A DNA stretch of 64,000 nucleotides, taken from positions 3,254,686 to 3,318,685 of the forward strand of contig MU058337.1 in the NCBI GenBank assembly GCA_013265495.1. Direction: 5' to 3'. The DNA is from Vicugna vicugna. Taxonomy: Eukaryota. This document shows positions 52,346 through 64,000 of the stretch, one piece after another. The notes beneath the pieces are model-generated. The model ran no database searches. It saw nothing but the letters and a program-made list of their open reading frames with translations, and was not told the DNA's origin. The translations under genes were made by a program, and so were the position numbers. Within the stretch, counting starts at the first letter, position 1. Every line of letters begins with the position of its first letter.

Positions 52346-52759
52346 TTGTCTCGTCCACTGTGCTGAACTCCCTACAACTAAGCGAGACGTTTAACTTCAC
52401 GTGAATGCAAGCGCCAAACTCTTTATATGACAGTAGTTAATTTTACACAAATTTGAACAGGAAAGGTTATATTGTCCATGAAAGAAAATGAAGTGGGTAA
52501 GAAAATCGTGTCCCAGAATCAAGATAAATTACAAAAAAAAGGTAGACAATTTTTAGAAAGAAGATTTTGTTTTGTTGATTCCATAATATTTCTGGCTGGT
52601 TCTATTAAGAGGAAAATATCTCTCAAATTTTGTCAGTGAGAGTTATGTCATAATTATACAGAATTGGACACTTCCCAATTACTTTCTGAAATGAAACTTA
52701 GATATTATATAGAGTATTTCATTCAGGACAATATGGCAGCTAACTACCCAGCAAAACCT

Positions 52760-53405
52760 TCTGGCTGAACCCATGTAAAGTGCTGAATAAAGCATAAAAA
52801 AATTAATATTTGGCATAAAAATGACCTGGTAAGATACTGAGGAATTCTCAGATACCGAAAAATAATTGAAGGAAGGAACCCAGAGAGATAAACAGAGCCA
52901 TGAATCAGGCAGAAACACGGGAAGAAAGTTACCATGGGTGAGGTCCCTCGGTCACTAACCTTCAATTATGAAATGATTTGGAGTGACCAAAAATAAAATA
53001 TGACATTTGAATATTTAACATGTTTAAATCAATTAGAGAAGAGATTAAAAGTATGAATCTTGGTCATTTGTTATTCTTCAGCATAACTTTAGAAGTTGGC
53101 TTAATAATACTTCTAGAAATAAAAAATTTAATAACTGTAATTATACACAAACTGAAACAGTTTAAGAGCAGATAAGTACTGCTAGATAAAAGATAGTGAA
53201 CTGGAAAAGAGAGGACAAGAAATTATCAAAAAGAAATTACAGAAAGTCAAATAGGTGGAAATCATGAGAAGTTATGAGACTGAAGATAAAATGTAGAGAA
53301 TTAAAAACATTCTAGAAAGAATAACAGAGAATGGCCACTATCTATATTTAAAGATAAATTGACTAAATGTTTTCTGTAAGTAATGAAAGACTCCAACTCC
53401 CCAAG
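52760..53405 (+). mobile_element. Old L1/HAL1 ORF1 region remnant
   Basis: A-rich; acttctagaaataaaaaat, tagtgaactggaa, agagaatgg and atgaaagac are typical decayed ORF1 blocks. Confidence 0.6.
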
Positions 53406-53529
53406 TATGTTAGTATTTCTAGAGAACCAATTTAAGGCTTTGTTAATTTCTTTTTTTTTTTTAATTTTGCTGTTCTGCTATTCCTTCCATCCACATTCTA
53501 ATAACATTTCCATCCAGTCGTTCATCTTC

Positions 53530-54080
53530 CTTCTCCATCCTCTGCAAATCGCTCCAGATCCATTCCTAGGTGACCCATTTAAGATGCAGCCCTTTTGAAC
53601 TTTCTAAAGGATTCCTATCTCATTGAGAGTAAGAGCTAAAGTCCGTATCGTGACCTTCAAAGCCCTACCCGGTCGGGCCTCAGCCTGTTGTCATCTCTTT
53701 GACCCCACCCCTTTAACCGCCATCTTCCCTGGCTTCCCTTTTCAGGTTCCCATGGCAACCCCCTGCTTTGTGAATTCTCCAGGCAATTCCTGCTTCAAGG
53801 CCTCTTCCTGTACTGTGCTCTTTGCCTGGGACCCACTTTCCATCCACATACACACAGAACCTTCCTCACTCCCTTCACTTCTCCTAACATATTCTACTTC
53901 ACAGATCTTATCAATAACTAATATATTTGTGTCCTTGTTGAAAGCTCATGTTTAACTGTCTCTTCCTATGGATGGACAATTTCTTATTTTACTCAGTGTT
54001 GTATTCCTCATGTCTGGCAATTCTTGGCCAATATTATTCACTCATATGAAAGTTTAATTAATACATGAATGAACAAATAA
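53530..54080 (+). mobile_element. L2a 3' portion
   Basis: ctcattgagagtaagagctaaagtcc..ccttcaaagcccta..tcctgcttcaaggcct..tgcctggga..atgaatgaac tail. Confidence 0.75.
53746..53759. promoter_or_regulatory. RFX X-box motif
   Basis: GTTCCCATGGCAAC fits GTTNCCATGGNAAC exactly. Confidence 0.45.
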
Positions 54081-56808
54081 AAGTAATAGGTCTCAAAGGT
54101 TTTCAAACTGAAACCATTCCACTATTTGGATTTCTCGGAATTGTAGACAGCCATCTTCTTCAGTTGCAATATAAAACAAAGGGAGCACAGAGGTGAATTA
54201 TTGACACTAAGTTTTAGTTTTTTAAAATGATCTTAAAGAAGGCAATGGTAAAAATATAGAATGACACTTTCTACTTGCCTTGAAGTCTACCATCTGCTTG
54301 GAACAATTTCTACACATGATAGTATTTATATTTTTAAAATATCCCATAAATTAAATTGTGGGAGAAAATTCTCTCCCTGTCTCTCAACTGAAACTTTAGG
54401 AGACTTCCTCCTGTACTTACTGAGTTGATGGCCTCTGTCTATTAGAGTTGAACCTAGTATTTGCTCGACTATAGCATTCAGACACTGATATTGGCCTGTA
54501 TAACAGTCAAATCCTTAGTACATCAGAGATTACTTATTTCATGATATCCACCCTTAGAGAAAAGTAATCTACAGGGCACTCCTGCCCATGATCCTCAGAG
54601 TTAAATTTCTGCCATTTTCCCCCAAAGACATACATATCTGGAACTCATTTCCTCTTCATTATAACAAAGCTAAGGTCCTTGGCCTTCGGGGAACTACTCA
54701 ACATTAATTTGTTTAGTTAAGCTTTTACCTAACTGATGAGGTGGAAAGAGTAATTGAATTGGTAGCAAATTCTAATATATATTTATATTGCTATACTTCC
54801 GAATACATTCAGACATTTCCATCACAGTTTCATACTATTAGTTAAATTTAACAATGATGACTACTCACCATTTCTTTAAAATCTGTTGTGGATTTATTTT
54901 CATTTCGAAAATTCGACTTTTCAAACATCCTATGCAGATTTTATGAGGTAGAACCACGTTACTAAGCTTTCTGCTATGACATGAATTAAAATATGACATG
55001 GGGTATGTTTATCTACCACAGTAAAAAGCTGATGGGACAAGACTATTCTATAAAATAATAGCAATGCTGCCCTGAAAATGTAGTGTTATTATAATACTTC
55101 ACTACATTTAAAAACATAGTAGGAATCAAAGTGATATTTATTTTGGTAATAAACGTGTCCAAACATGATTTCCTTCAAAACTTTTTCATTAGATGTACAG
55201 TTGGATTATTAATTATCTGTTAAGTGACTAGAGTGGGAGAAATGGAATATATTAATTTGTAGATTTCACAGATGTGAATGTATTTGATTGGGTTACTAGA
55301 ATATGTGATTTTATAACTTGTGGGAAAATTCTACTTGACTATGTTTCCACTTGAAAAAAAATGTTCTGTAAATATTTTTTCAAGATACTTCAAAATAAAC
55401 ACTTCAAAGTAAATCTTTATGTGTTTTAAACATGCGAAGTCATACTCACGGTGAAGCTTTCAGTTTATCTGATAAGATGATGTTTCATGGATAATGACAA
55501 TTCCGCCACACTTTGTTTATTATACACAGAAATCCAAAGAGTTATACTGCTTCCCCGGCTCAATAAAATCCAGAAAAAAGAGCCTGGAATTCTTAAAGAA
55601 ATGATTTCACTTTACGATGCCAACATATTTGCGTATGTGACAGAATTTCATTCAATCCATAGAATTATCATTTCCCAATTTTTTTCCTTGATGTTATAGT
55701 TAACACAGAAAAAATAATAAGGGTATATTTCTTTGATTTAATATGAATATCAAAAGATCTATCTTGCAATCAAGTCTTTTGAAGTCCAGTTGAAATAAAC
55801 ACAAATGATTTCCTGCTTAGCTGTTAAAGACAAAAAAGTACAGTCACGTAATGTCTACGTAATATTATTCTTTTGCCAACTCCTGACAGATGAATTATGC
55901 CCAGAATTTTGAGAATCTCACACGGGGTTCACACATACCTAATAAATAATGACAGAGAACTGGGCTGGCCGAGTGGTAGACATGACTGAGTCGTATTGAC
56001 TTGAGCCGGAACATCTGTGTGTCCCTTGCCCCCCAGGCTGAATGACTGTGGTAACACAATGGACACCGAGCAGTTCTCACAGGCACCCCGAGTCCGCGGT
56101 TTGGATGCCATCTGCGAGGCAGCTGAGAGTGGCTGAGGCTTCCTTTGTTGTGCGTGGATGAAGTTATGCCATCGCTAGTAACTGAGAATTCAGGTTAAGA
56201 AGAAGGATGAATCCCTCTGATGTCACTCTCTTTGTTATGTCCGAAGACCTGGCCCCACCACCCACCAGGCTCTCCCGGGCTGACCCGTGTTCACCTTCTG
56301 TCGGTGCCGCTTCCCACTGGGTTATTGATGCGCTTCCCTGCCCGGGAGGCCAGAGCTCTCAGTGTACTTTGTTAAGCTGACACCAGGGGCACACACGGGC
56401 TTTGTCGTCCTGCGGGCGAGGAGGAATGTGTGCGGATGGGGGCGTTGACTGTCTGGGTGAAACTCTTCTTAGAGATGCAGGAGAGACAGACAGACATCTT
56501 AGTACACATTTTCCATATTCAGATGACACCTAAAAGCTGATTCTGTTTCCAGGGAAGGCAAAAGTCAGTTCTTCCCTGTGATCAGGAGCCCTTTTTATAT
56601 AATAGAAGGTGGCTCCCAAAGTAAAAACAACCCTGCATGGACTAAACAACAGCACGTGAAACCTTACATCATTAATTGTGTCTCCTGTCTTGTATAAAGA
56701 GGAGTATTGCTCTTAGTTTCCTGCAGATTGAATCAGCATTTATCCAACCATCCTTTTTTGTTTCTCATAGAAAGAAACAAGGGTAGTGGAAACTGATCAT
56801 ATATTTTA

Positions 56809-56978
56809 TCTATTTTTTTTATATTTGATATATTATTATATTATTTACTTTTTTTTTAATTTTGGCAGGAGGGGGAAGGTAATCAAGTTTATTTATATTT
56901 GGAAGAGGTACTGGGGCCTGAACCTAGGGCCTCATGCGTGCTAGGCATGCACCCCTCCACTTGAGCTATACCTCCCCC
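56809..56978 (-). mobile_element. tRNA(Ala)-derived SINE (camelid Vic-1-like)
   Basis: Minus strand reads gggggaggtatagctcaagtgg..gcatgcctagcacgcatgagg..ccccagtacctc; 12-bp TSD tcatatatttta (56797-56808, 56982-56993). Confidence 0.9.
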
Positions 56979-57284
56979 ATTTCATATATTTTAGAAACAT
57001 TTAGATAGCATTACTGGCTACATGAAAATGTCATTTGTCACTTTCACTATATTATGCTCTCCACAAAAAAGACAGATATGAGGAAAACATGAATATCTTC
57101 AAAATGGAGTTCTCCATTATTTTTTAAAATTCTTTGAAAAATCTTTACTGTAATAGGCTAATATTAGATTAGAATATGAATATTACACATTGCGATGCGA
57201 GTATGAACACAAAGCAGAAAATACTCATACGATTTGGAGTTATACAAAATACAGTAGAATTAACACTGCTGCCGGTAGAAATCT

Positions 57285-57415
57285 GGATATGAGAGTATTT
57301 TCTGACCAAGTATTAATGTGTCCTTTATCTTTTTAGTGTTCAGTTTTCTCATTTGTAAGGTAATGGTTGTAACTACAGCAGATCTAATGCCACATTTAAC
57401 TCTAATAAAACATGC
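57285..57415 (+). mobile_element. MIR3/MIRc-like fragment
   Basis: ttcagttttctcatttgtaa..gatctaatg..aactcta. Confidence 0.55.
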
Positions 57416-57702
57416 AATTAAATATAACAAAGACAATATTGATCATGTATTTTTTCTGTATTTATACAGAAAAAAGTTAAAATTAAATTAATATTAAAAA
57501 TCAGGGGATGCTTAAACATTCCCCTTCTTATTGATGCTCCAGGTTTTAGAAAGTGTTCTGGATCAACCATCAATCTATCTGGGGTCATGAGGTCCTGTGT
57601 TTTAATAATGTAAAGGCTGTATGATCTGGGCCCGTCAGTCTTGTGTTTCTTTAAAAATATGTATAAATACTTTAAGAAGATGCATGTATTAATTGTGAAG
57701 CT

Positions 57703-58131
57703 GATTTTGTGAGTTTTTGGCTTTTTTAAATGTTTTTACTGCAGAGAAGTTGATTTGCAATGTTAGTTTCAGGTATACAGCAAAGTGATTCAGTTATACA
57801 TATACATACATATATATTTTTTCTTTTCAGCTTCTTTTCCATTATACGTTATTACAAGAAACGGAATATAGTTCTCTGTGCTACACAGTAGGGCTTTGTT
57901 GTGTATCAATTTTATATATAGTAGCGTCTATTAATCCTCAACTCCTAATTTATACCTTCCTGCCCTGTCCCCTTTGGTAACCATAGTTTGTTTTCTATGT
58001 TGGTGAGTTTGCTTTTGGTTTGTAAATAAAATGTATATCTTTTTTTTTAAGATTCCACACATAAGTAATATCATACGATATTTGTCTTTCTCTCTCTGAC
58101 TTACTTCACTCAATATAATCATCTCTAGGTC
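57703..58131 (-). mobile_element. 5'-truncated L1 (cetartiodactyl type)
   Basis: ORF 57931-58149 contains DLEMIILSEVSQREKDKYRMILLMCGI (ORF2p C-terminus), then 3'UTR and a T-rich tail; candidate TSD tgaagct (57696-57702, 58132-58138). Confidence 0.9.
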
Positions 58132-58969
58132 TGAAGCTTCTGTTTTCATACCAATAGTTAACTCAGACTGGCTCCCTAGATCCAGAGTGGATGACTGAGT
58201 TGTTCCTCCTTCATGTAAAATTAAACAGTTGTGTTACACATATCGCTGACATGGAACTGAGGATTATTTGGTGACTTCTCAGTTCCTGCATTTCAGTTTG
58301 GGGTTGCGTAATATGTAAGTTTGACATTGTTAAAGGCTCAGGGTGTGTCTTGAACTTCTGTGCCATGTGTAACTTCTATCCAACAAGACTTTTAAATGTT
58401 TGGGGTTTCATAAAAAAAAAAAATTGAATGTTTCCTCATTCACTTCTTTAGGATGTCATGAGATGTTTCTTTATGGGGAGAGGGAATCAAGGTAAGATGG
58501 CATCATACATTTTCCTTAGAAAACAAAACATTAAGTTTTTACCGAAGGCTATTACAGTCTGTCATGGTCCCCTGTAACCCCTGGCACTGAGTGATGGATA
58601 TATTTTGGGAATATTCCCTGTTTCTCTAAAAGACACAATCCAATAACAACAGAGTTCTGTAGGAAAATTATAATTTAGTGACAAATAACTATAAGGATAT
58701 TTTCTTCTTTTTAAATATATCTACATCACAAAATTTTAATTAATTTTCAAATAAATAAAAATAAAAATAAATTATACTAATAAAAGTATAACTAAAAGAA
58801 ATGGCCCTGGGAATCATGCTAAATATGAGGAGTAAGTTATATACTTGGAGATTAAGACTACAAATGATAGACAATATTACATTTTTCCTCTTTAGAAAAT
58901 ATGCTTTTAATGATATATAAATTATTAAACTTGAAATTATTTCCATTATTTTGTTAAATAGGTATCTAG

Positions 58970-59110
58970 CATCATTTATATATATGTCTGTATATATAAA
59001 TATTTATATGAACTATATATATAAACTGTTAACATATAAACAATTTTGTGTGTGTATTTATAAATATCTGTATATTTATAAAACTATTATTTATATGATA
59101 TGTAGTTTTT
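58970..59110. repeat. AT-rich low-complexity tract
   Basis: Degenerate TA repeats. Confidence 0.7.
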
Positions 59111-60449
59111 AAATTATCTGCATGATTAAATTTAATCTTTGTAATTTTATTTGAGTAAATTTATTGAAAATTATCTTTACAATTCAGAGTTTTCATCATC
59201 CTGGGTATTGATATTAATTGTAATCTAATTATTTGGAATTTATGTGTCTTTGAGAAATTTTATACCTTGTTAATAATCTGCTGAATTCTAAATCAGAATT
59301 TTTCTCATAAAATTGAAGCCAGAAAAAGAAAGTAGAAAAGGAAACTTCAAGTAATATTCAAAAAACTTCACACTAGACACAAGTCAACAAGCCAATTGCT
59401 TTTACTTCCATTATCTGCATTGTTTGGTTGAAATCAACTGTTCTCTTTAATTGACCTCAGACCATCCCCTTGATTCTCTAATTTATTTTCTTGTGAAGTG
59501 ATAGTCTTCCTTTTGCTTAGATGGAAATGGAAGTAATTTTGTCACCACTGATAATATATTACTATGTTCAAAAATCACTATAAAAGGACAAATATGCTAT
59601 TCATAGTATAATCAAAACTGCCTTATCTGTGTAGTAATTTATACTTAATTATGATTGATAATAAGACCTTAGAAATAATTCATTTCTTTGTTTGTTCAAT
59701 TAAGTATATCCTTTTAGCGGATTAGATTAGAACGAATAAAAATACTCCCCCTAAATACTTCAGATTTTTAAAGAAATGTTTTCCTTTTACCAAGAATGTA
59801 TTTCTAGACAAATGAGCTTTATTTGCCTAGATTCATTTAGATTTGCTTAATCTAAACTTTCAGAATAATTAATAAATAGCTATAAACATGCCGTCAAAAA
59901 GTATTGTCCTAAAAAATACTTTGAACTAAGTATACACGTACAATCATAAACAATAAAAGTCTACATACACAGGCAGATCAAAGCTTCATGATAACTCCAT
60001 CTATCACAATGTACACATGGAATTTTTTTACAGAAGTATTTAAACAGTTTTGTTGTAGCATTAGCATATATTTCCTAAGACATCAGAAAAGTCCTTTTTG
60101 GAGAATTAAAGAAATAGCCTGAACTTTGGAATAATAGGCGAAAGTGATTTCTGGATCAGTTTTTGCCCAAAAAAAGTAAAGTTCTATCCATCATGGTGCT
60201 GTTTTCCAGAAGTCCAAGATGCATTTGAAAATGAGATGATACAGGATCATCTGAGTGAGGTTTCAAATTCATATGGCCATGCCCTACTGGTGTTCATCTT
60301 ATTACATTTCAACGTAAATGAATATCCTTTCTATGTGGAATCAAAAAGAGGGATTCATATACACCACAATGTACTAAAAGAGAGACATTTTCAATGTGAC
60401 CATAATGGAAGATATGACTAACCCAGAGCATTTCCATTTGAAAGAGAAA

Positions 60450-60960
60450 TGACTAATAATTGATTGGCCGGCATCCAAAGTCACAGTGGGGTTCAAAAAG
60501 CTGGTAAGTGGCCTCATAAAAATAGAAGCTGTATCAACCAATTGAATTTAATTATATATGAAGGTGATGATGGAACTAAACTGCCTGTAATTGGAGTCCA
60601 ATTACTCAGCTGGTCTCCCATAAAATTAATTCATCTGAAAGTTTGCCATTGTCCTGTGCTCCAGGTCCGTGGCTGGTTTAATTAGTTAACACTGAGGAAT
60701 CTTGAAACAGTAAATTATTTTGTCTTTATTGCCAATTACTGGCTAACGAAAATTGTATATTAAATATTAACATCTGCTTCTAACACAAATAGGAAAGGGC
60801 TGAATGAAGATACTTTTTTTTTTGATTTCCATCTAAAAGAGGCTGACGCCGAGGAAAGTAAACGTGTGTATCAGATTTATTGGAGAGAAATTTGAATTTC
60901 AAGCTTTTGAATAGGCTGCCACAGAACATAACTACTATAGGCAATGATTTCATAAATATG
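60450..60960. promoter_or_regulatory. Candidate developmental enhancer (homeodomain-site cluster)
   Basis: Unique sequence with multiple TAATTR and posterior HOX/CDX (YMATAAA) sites. Confidence 0.4.
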
Positions 60961-61689
60961 CACTTGGGCCCCTCCTGGTGTCCACATGTACAAACTAAGT
61001 TTAACATCCATGGGAAAAAAAATTATGCACAGAGATCACTCCTGAAGCAATCCTCTTCAGGGCTTTAAATTACTTAGAGCAATATTTGATAATGCTTTAG
61101 CGTAGTTTTAAAATGATATTGGCCTGACTCCTGAGGTTTGATAAAGTAATCTATATTAGATTTTTTACAATTATCTGAATTGCATATTAAGTTAATCACC
61201 AAGCAGTTGAAACGATTGAAAGCATTGATCTAATGGCTTAAATACCCATTCCCAAGTATTGCTCTTTTTAACAAAGCAAAATGAAATATATCTTCAGTTG
61301 TGCTGAGAAAACTGACACCACTCGAAAGTCATTCCCTATTGATACCATGTAGGTTTAGCTCATTTCTTTTTAATAGTCTTCATCATCCTGTACTTTAATT
61401 TAGAAAGAATCACAGTTCACAATATTTTATTCTTTAATTCCACATTCAATAACTAATTCAAGAGGGAACATAACTGGAAATACTTAATAATAAAAGAGTC
61501 AATTGCTAAATGTTGGTTTATCTGGAAGAGGTATCATAAGAAGAGAATTAGTATGATCAAACCAAAAAATAAAAAAAATCTCTTTAAAAGTCATAATAGA
61601 GTGAATGTGGCAGTTCTCTCCGAATACACAGCTACGTTTATAGGAAAATGAAAAATCAGCTCCACAAAATTTTTAAAAATAGTTTTACA

Positions 61690-61852
61690 GGGGAGGATAT
61701 AGCTCAGTGGTAGAGTGCATGCCTAGCATGCACAAGTTCCTGGGTTCAAACCCCAGTACCTCCATTAAAAAATAATAATAGAGAAAGAAAGAAAAAATAA
61801 ATACACCTAATTACCTGCCAACAACAACACATTTTAAAAAAAAGATAAAAAT
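61690..61852 (+). mobile_element. tRNA(Ala)-derived SINE (camelid Vic-1-like), well preserved
   Basis: ggggaggatatagctcagtggtagagtgcatgcctagcatgcac..gggttcaaaccccagtacctcc; cctaattacct body; A tail; 11-bp TSD atagttttaca (61679-61689, 61853-61863). Confidence 0.93.
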
Positions 61853-63226
61853 ATAGTTTTACATATTTTCCCTCTAAAAATATAGGTGTTTAGGGCAATG
61901 AAAAGTTGTGATCACTTAAAACACTATCAATTTTAAGACATAATTTTAAGTGTTGAAACAGAGTTGAATAGTTTTTGTGCAGTCTTATTCAGTCGATGTG
62001 TCTCTTCAAATTTGTAACATTTAGAATAAATAATTCTCTTACCACATTGTGCAATTAAAATAAGAATAGTTACTTTTTCTATATTTCTTCCAAAAATAAC
62101 ACTACAAGAAACAATTACTTTTTAAAACCCTTGTATTCAATCCAAAATGTCGAGATAAAATTAAACTTTTTACAAGAAAACTCAAGTCAATCCTTCTAAA
62201 AAGAAATGTGCCTTAGCAAGAGAAACAAGATAAAAAATGATCCTGAAAATAGTGTTTCCTTTTGCAAGATTTCACCGAAGCTTTAAAAAGGAAATGCTTT
62301 ATTTAACATATGAGTAATCATAAGTCAAGTTAGCTGGGTTTTACCAACTTGATAGAATGTTGGCAAATTCTTTATTTGGTTAGCTTGTTTTATTTTATTC
62401 TGTGCTAGTTCAACTTACATCTGTATATTTTGAGAAAATCCAGATTTGCCAAATACTATTAACAGGGTTAACGCATATATTTAACCACATCTATGGTTAT
62501 TTACCTCCATTTGGGGAAAACGTTGCAGAAGATGTCACTGTAGAGCACACATGTCTCCAAAACCAAGGCGAGCAGAGACTATTTCATTTCCATTTAAACA
62601 CTGAGATAAATGCCAAAATCGTTGCTTTTAATACATCCATAGATAAGAAAAGACTGGAAGGAGTCTTCAGTTTTTCTGCATGTGTAGTGTTTTTAGGAGG
62701 CTTTGCACAACATGTGGTTGCTTAGTATTAGGAAGAGAGAGAAAGCAGTATTGAAGGGTCCCCCGTGGAGCCCAGTGGCAGGGTATCAGCTCTGAAATGC
62801 CACTGAACAGCCCCGGCAGGAAATGCGAGCACTAACGCAGGCTCTTTTGTCAGGGCTCTGAGTGTTCCCTATTAAAAGAAGTAAACACGCTTTGCAAAAA
62901 GTAGACATCTTCTCCCTTTACACAAATAGCACATGTAAGAGGAAACAGCCCCTAATGGGGACGCTGTCTCGCTTGTCTCCCACTTCTCAGTGGCTTTTCT
63001 CCAGCCAGTAGCTGATTACGATGACAACGTGCGCTCAGCTGAAATACACACACAAGGTCTGCTTATTTCTCTGAGAAAGAGACGCTTCCTCTGAATGTTA
63101 AGGCACCTGCTATCTGTGTCTAAGGTTATTTAAATAATCGTCTGCCTTCCACCTCATTTTGCACAGTCAGAACTGCATTTTCTTTATGCTCCACCTACCA
63201 GATGTGTTAGATTCCTCTGTCCCTAG

Positions 63227-63262
63227 GCACGCACACGTGCACACACACGCATATGCACACGC
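63227..63262. repeat. 36-bp alternating purine-pyrimidine tract
   Basis: gcacgcacacgtgcacacacacgcatatgcacacgc. Confidence 0.85.
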
Positions 63263-64000
63263 TTGTCCACCCATGAAGAGGCTGGCCACCAGCGAAGTCA
63301 GATTTGTCTTCGAGAAGGACAGCTTTCACCAGATAAGGGCTAGGACACACTCAGGGTTTTCCTAAGTCCCCTAGGGACTACGCGGTTGTACCAAATGTTC
63401 CTAAGAATGGCATAAAGTACAGATAAATGTGCCTTTATGATGAAGATTTGAATTGCTCACTATCTGTTAAGCATTGCATAGAAAAAAATCCGCTCCTCCA
63501 TCTCTACTGAATTTTCAGTAGGTCTGGCTCCGGCAAGGCAGAGGATGTTAGGAAAAGCCACCTTGATCAAGAAAACCAAGTGGGAGCAATAAGGAAGCAA
63601 CTAAATGCGCCTGGAGTTCCAAAAATTACTAGAGAATTTGGAGCGCTTTGACTGTTTTTTTCCTCATGTAGACAAGTAGCTTTTACCCACCCCTAGTCTT
63701 AAGTTATCTTACATAGAAAGATGGGGGGGAAATGCCGATTCTGTTCTGACAGACCTTTGCTTCTGAACAGTAGGATTCTTTGTCACCTCGAGCCCAAAGG
63801 AGCAGAAGACGAGCAGATCCTGGGGTAGCAAATCTGCAGAATCTTGACTTGAGAAAGTCAGAACTGGAAACAGCGCTGCTGGGATGGAGGTGACGGGCTG
63901 CTCAGCTCCCGAAATAAATTCTCCAGGCCCTGCAGGAACAAGTCTGCAAATTGATTTTCTTTCTTTGCGGACACAGAGGCCTCCCCACCCACAGCCCAAG

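Noticed and set aside
57931..58149. ORF with real protein similarity
   Set aside because: It is the L1 ORF2p C-terminus of a truncated insertion, not a host gene
58452..58491. 40-nt exon-like segment (ctttag|...CAAG|gtaaga)
   Set aside because: Such pseudo-exons are common; not frame-preserving and no gene context
61690..61765. tRNA-Ala(AGC)-like sequence (also at 45494 and 56978)
   Set aside because: Acceptor and anticodon stems are mismatched, and it is followed by SINE body, A tail and TSD
1..64000. CRISPR arrays, operons, rRNA or prokaryotic systems
   Set aside because: Sequence is mammalian; no repeat-spacer arrays, long ORFs or rRNA similarity seen

Overview
Mammalian nuclear DNA, AT-rich and apparently intergenic or deep-intronic. 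Three copies of a tRNA(Ala)-derived SINE that I recognise as the camelid Vic-1 type, and no visible Alu, B1/B2, Bov-A/BovB, PRE-1 or Can-SINE, point to a camelid (camel/alpaca/llama). I found no recognisable protein-coding gene. The ORF track is chance ORFs plus transposon remnants: two Tigger transposase HTH fossils and L1 ORF2 C-termini. A large part of the window is interspersed repeat (L1, L2, MIR, MLT1/MLT2, ERV1/ERVL solo LTRs, hAT and Tigger DNA transposons). Repeat family names are from my recall of consensus sequences, not a search, and many boundaries are approximate. The most interesting signals are: repeat-poor, motif-dense stretches that look like developmental enhancers (especially 60.45-60.96 kb, with a perfect 19-bp homeodomain-site palindrome); CpG-retaining patches at about 40.5, 56 and 63 kb; a CTCF-like site; an RFX X-box inside an L2; and a tail-less L1 that replaces part of a Tigger element. 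I see no supportable novel coding system.
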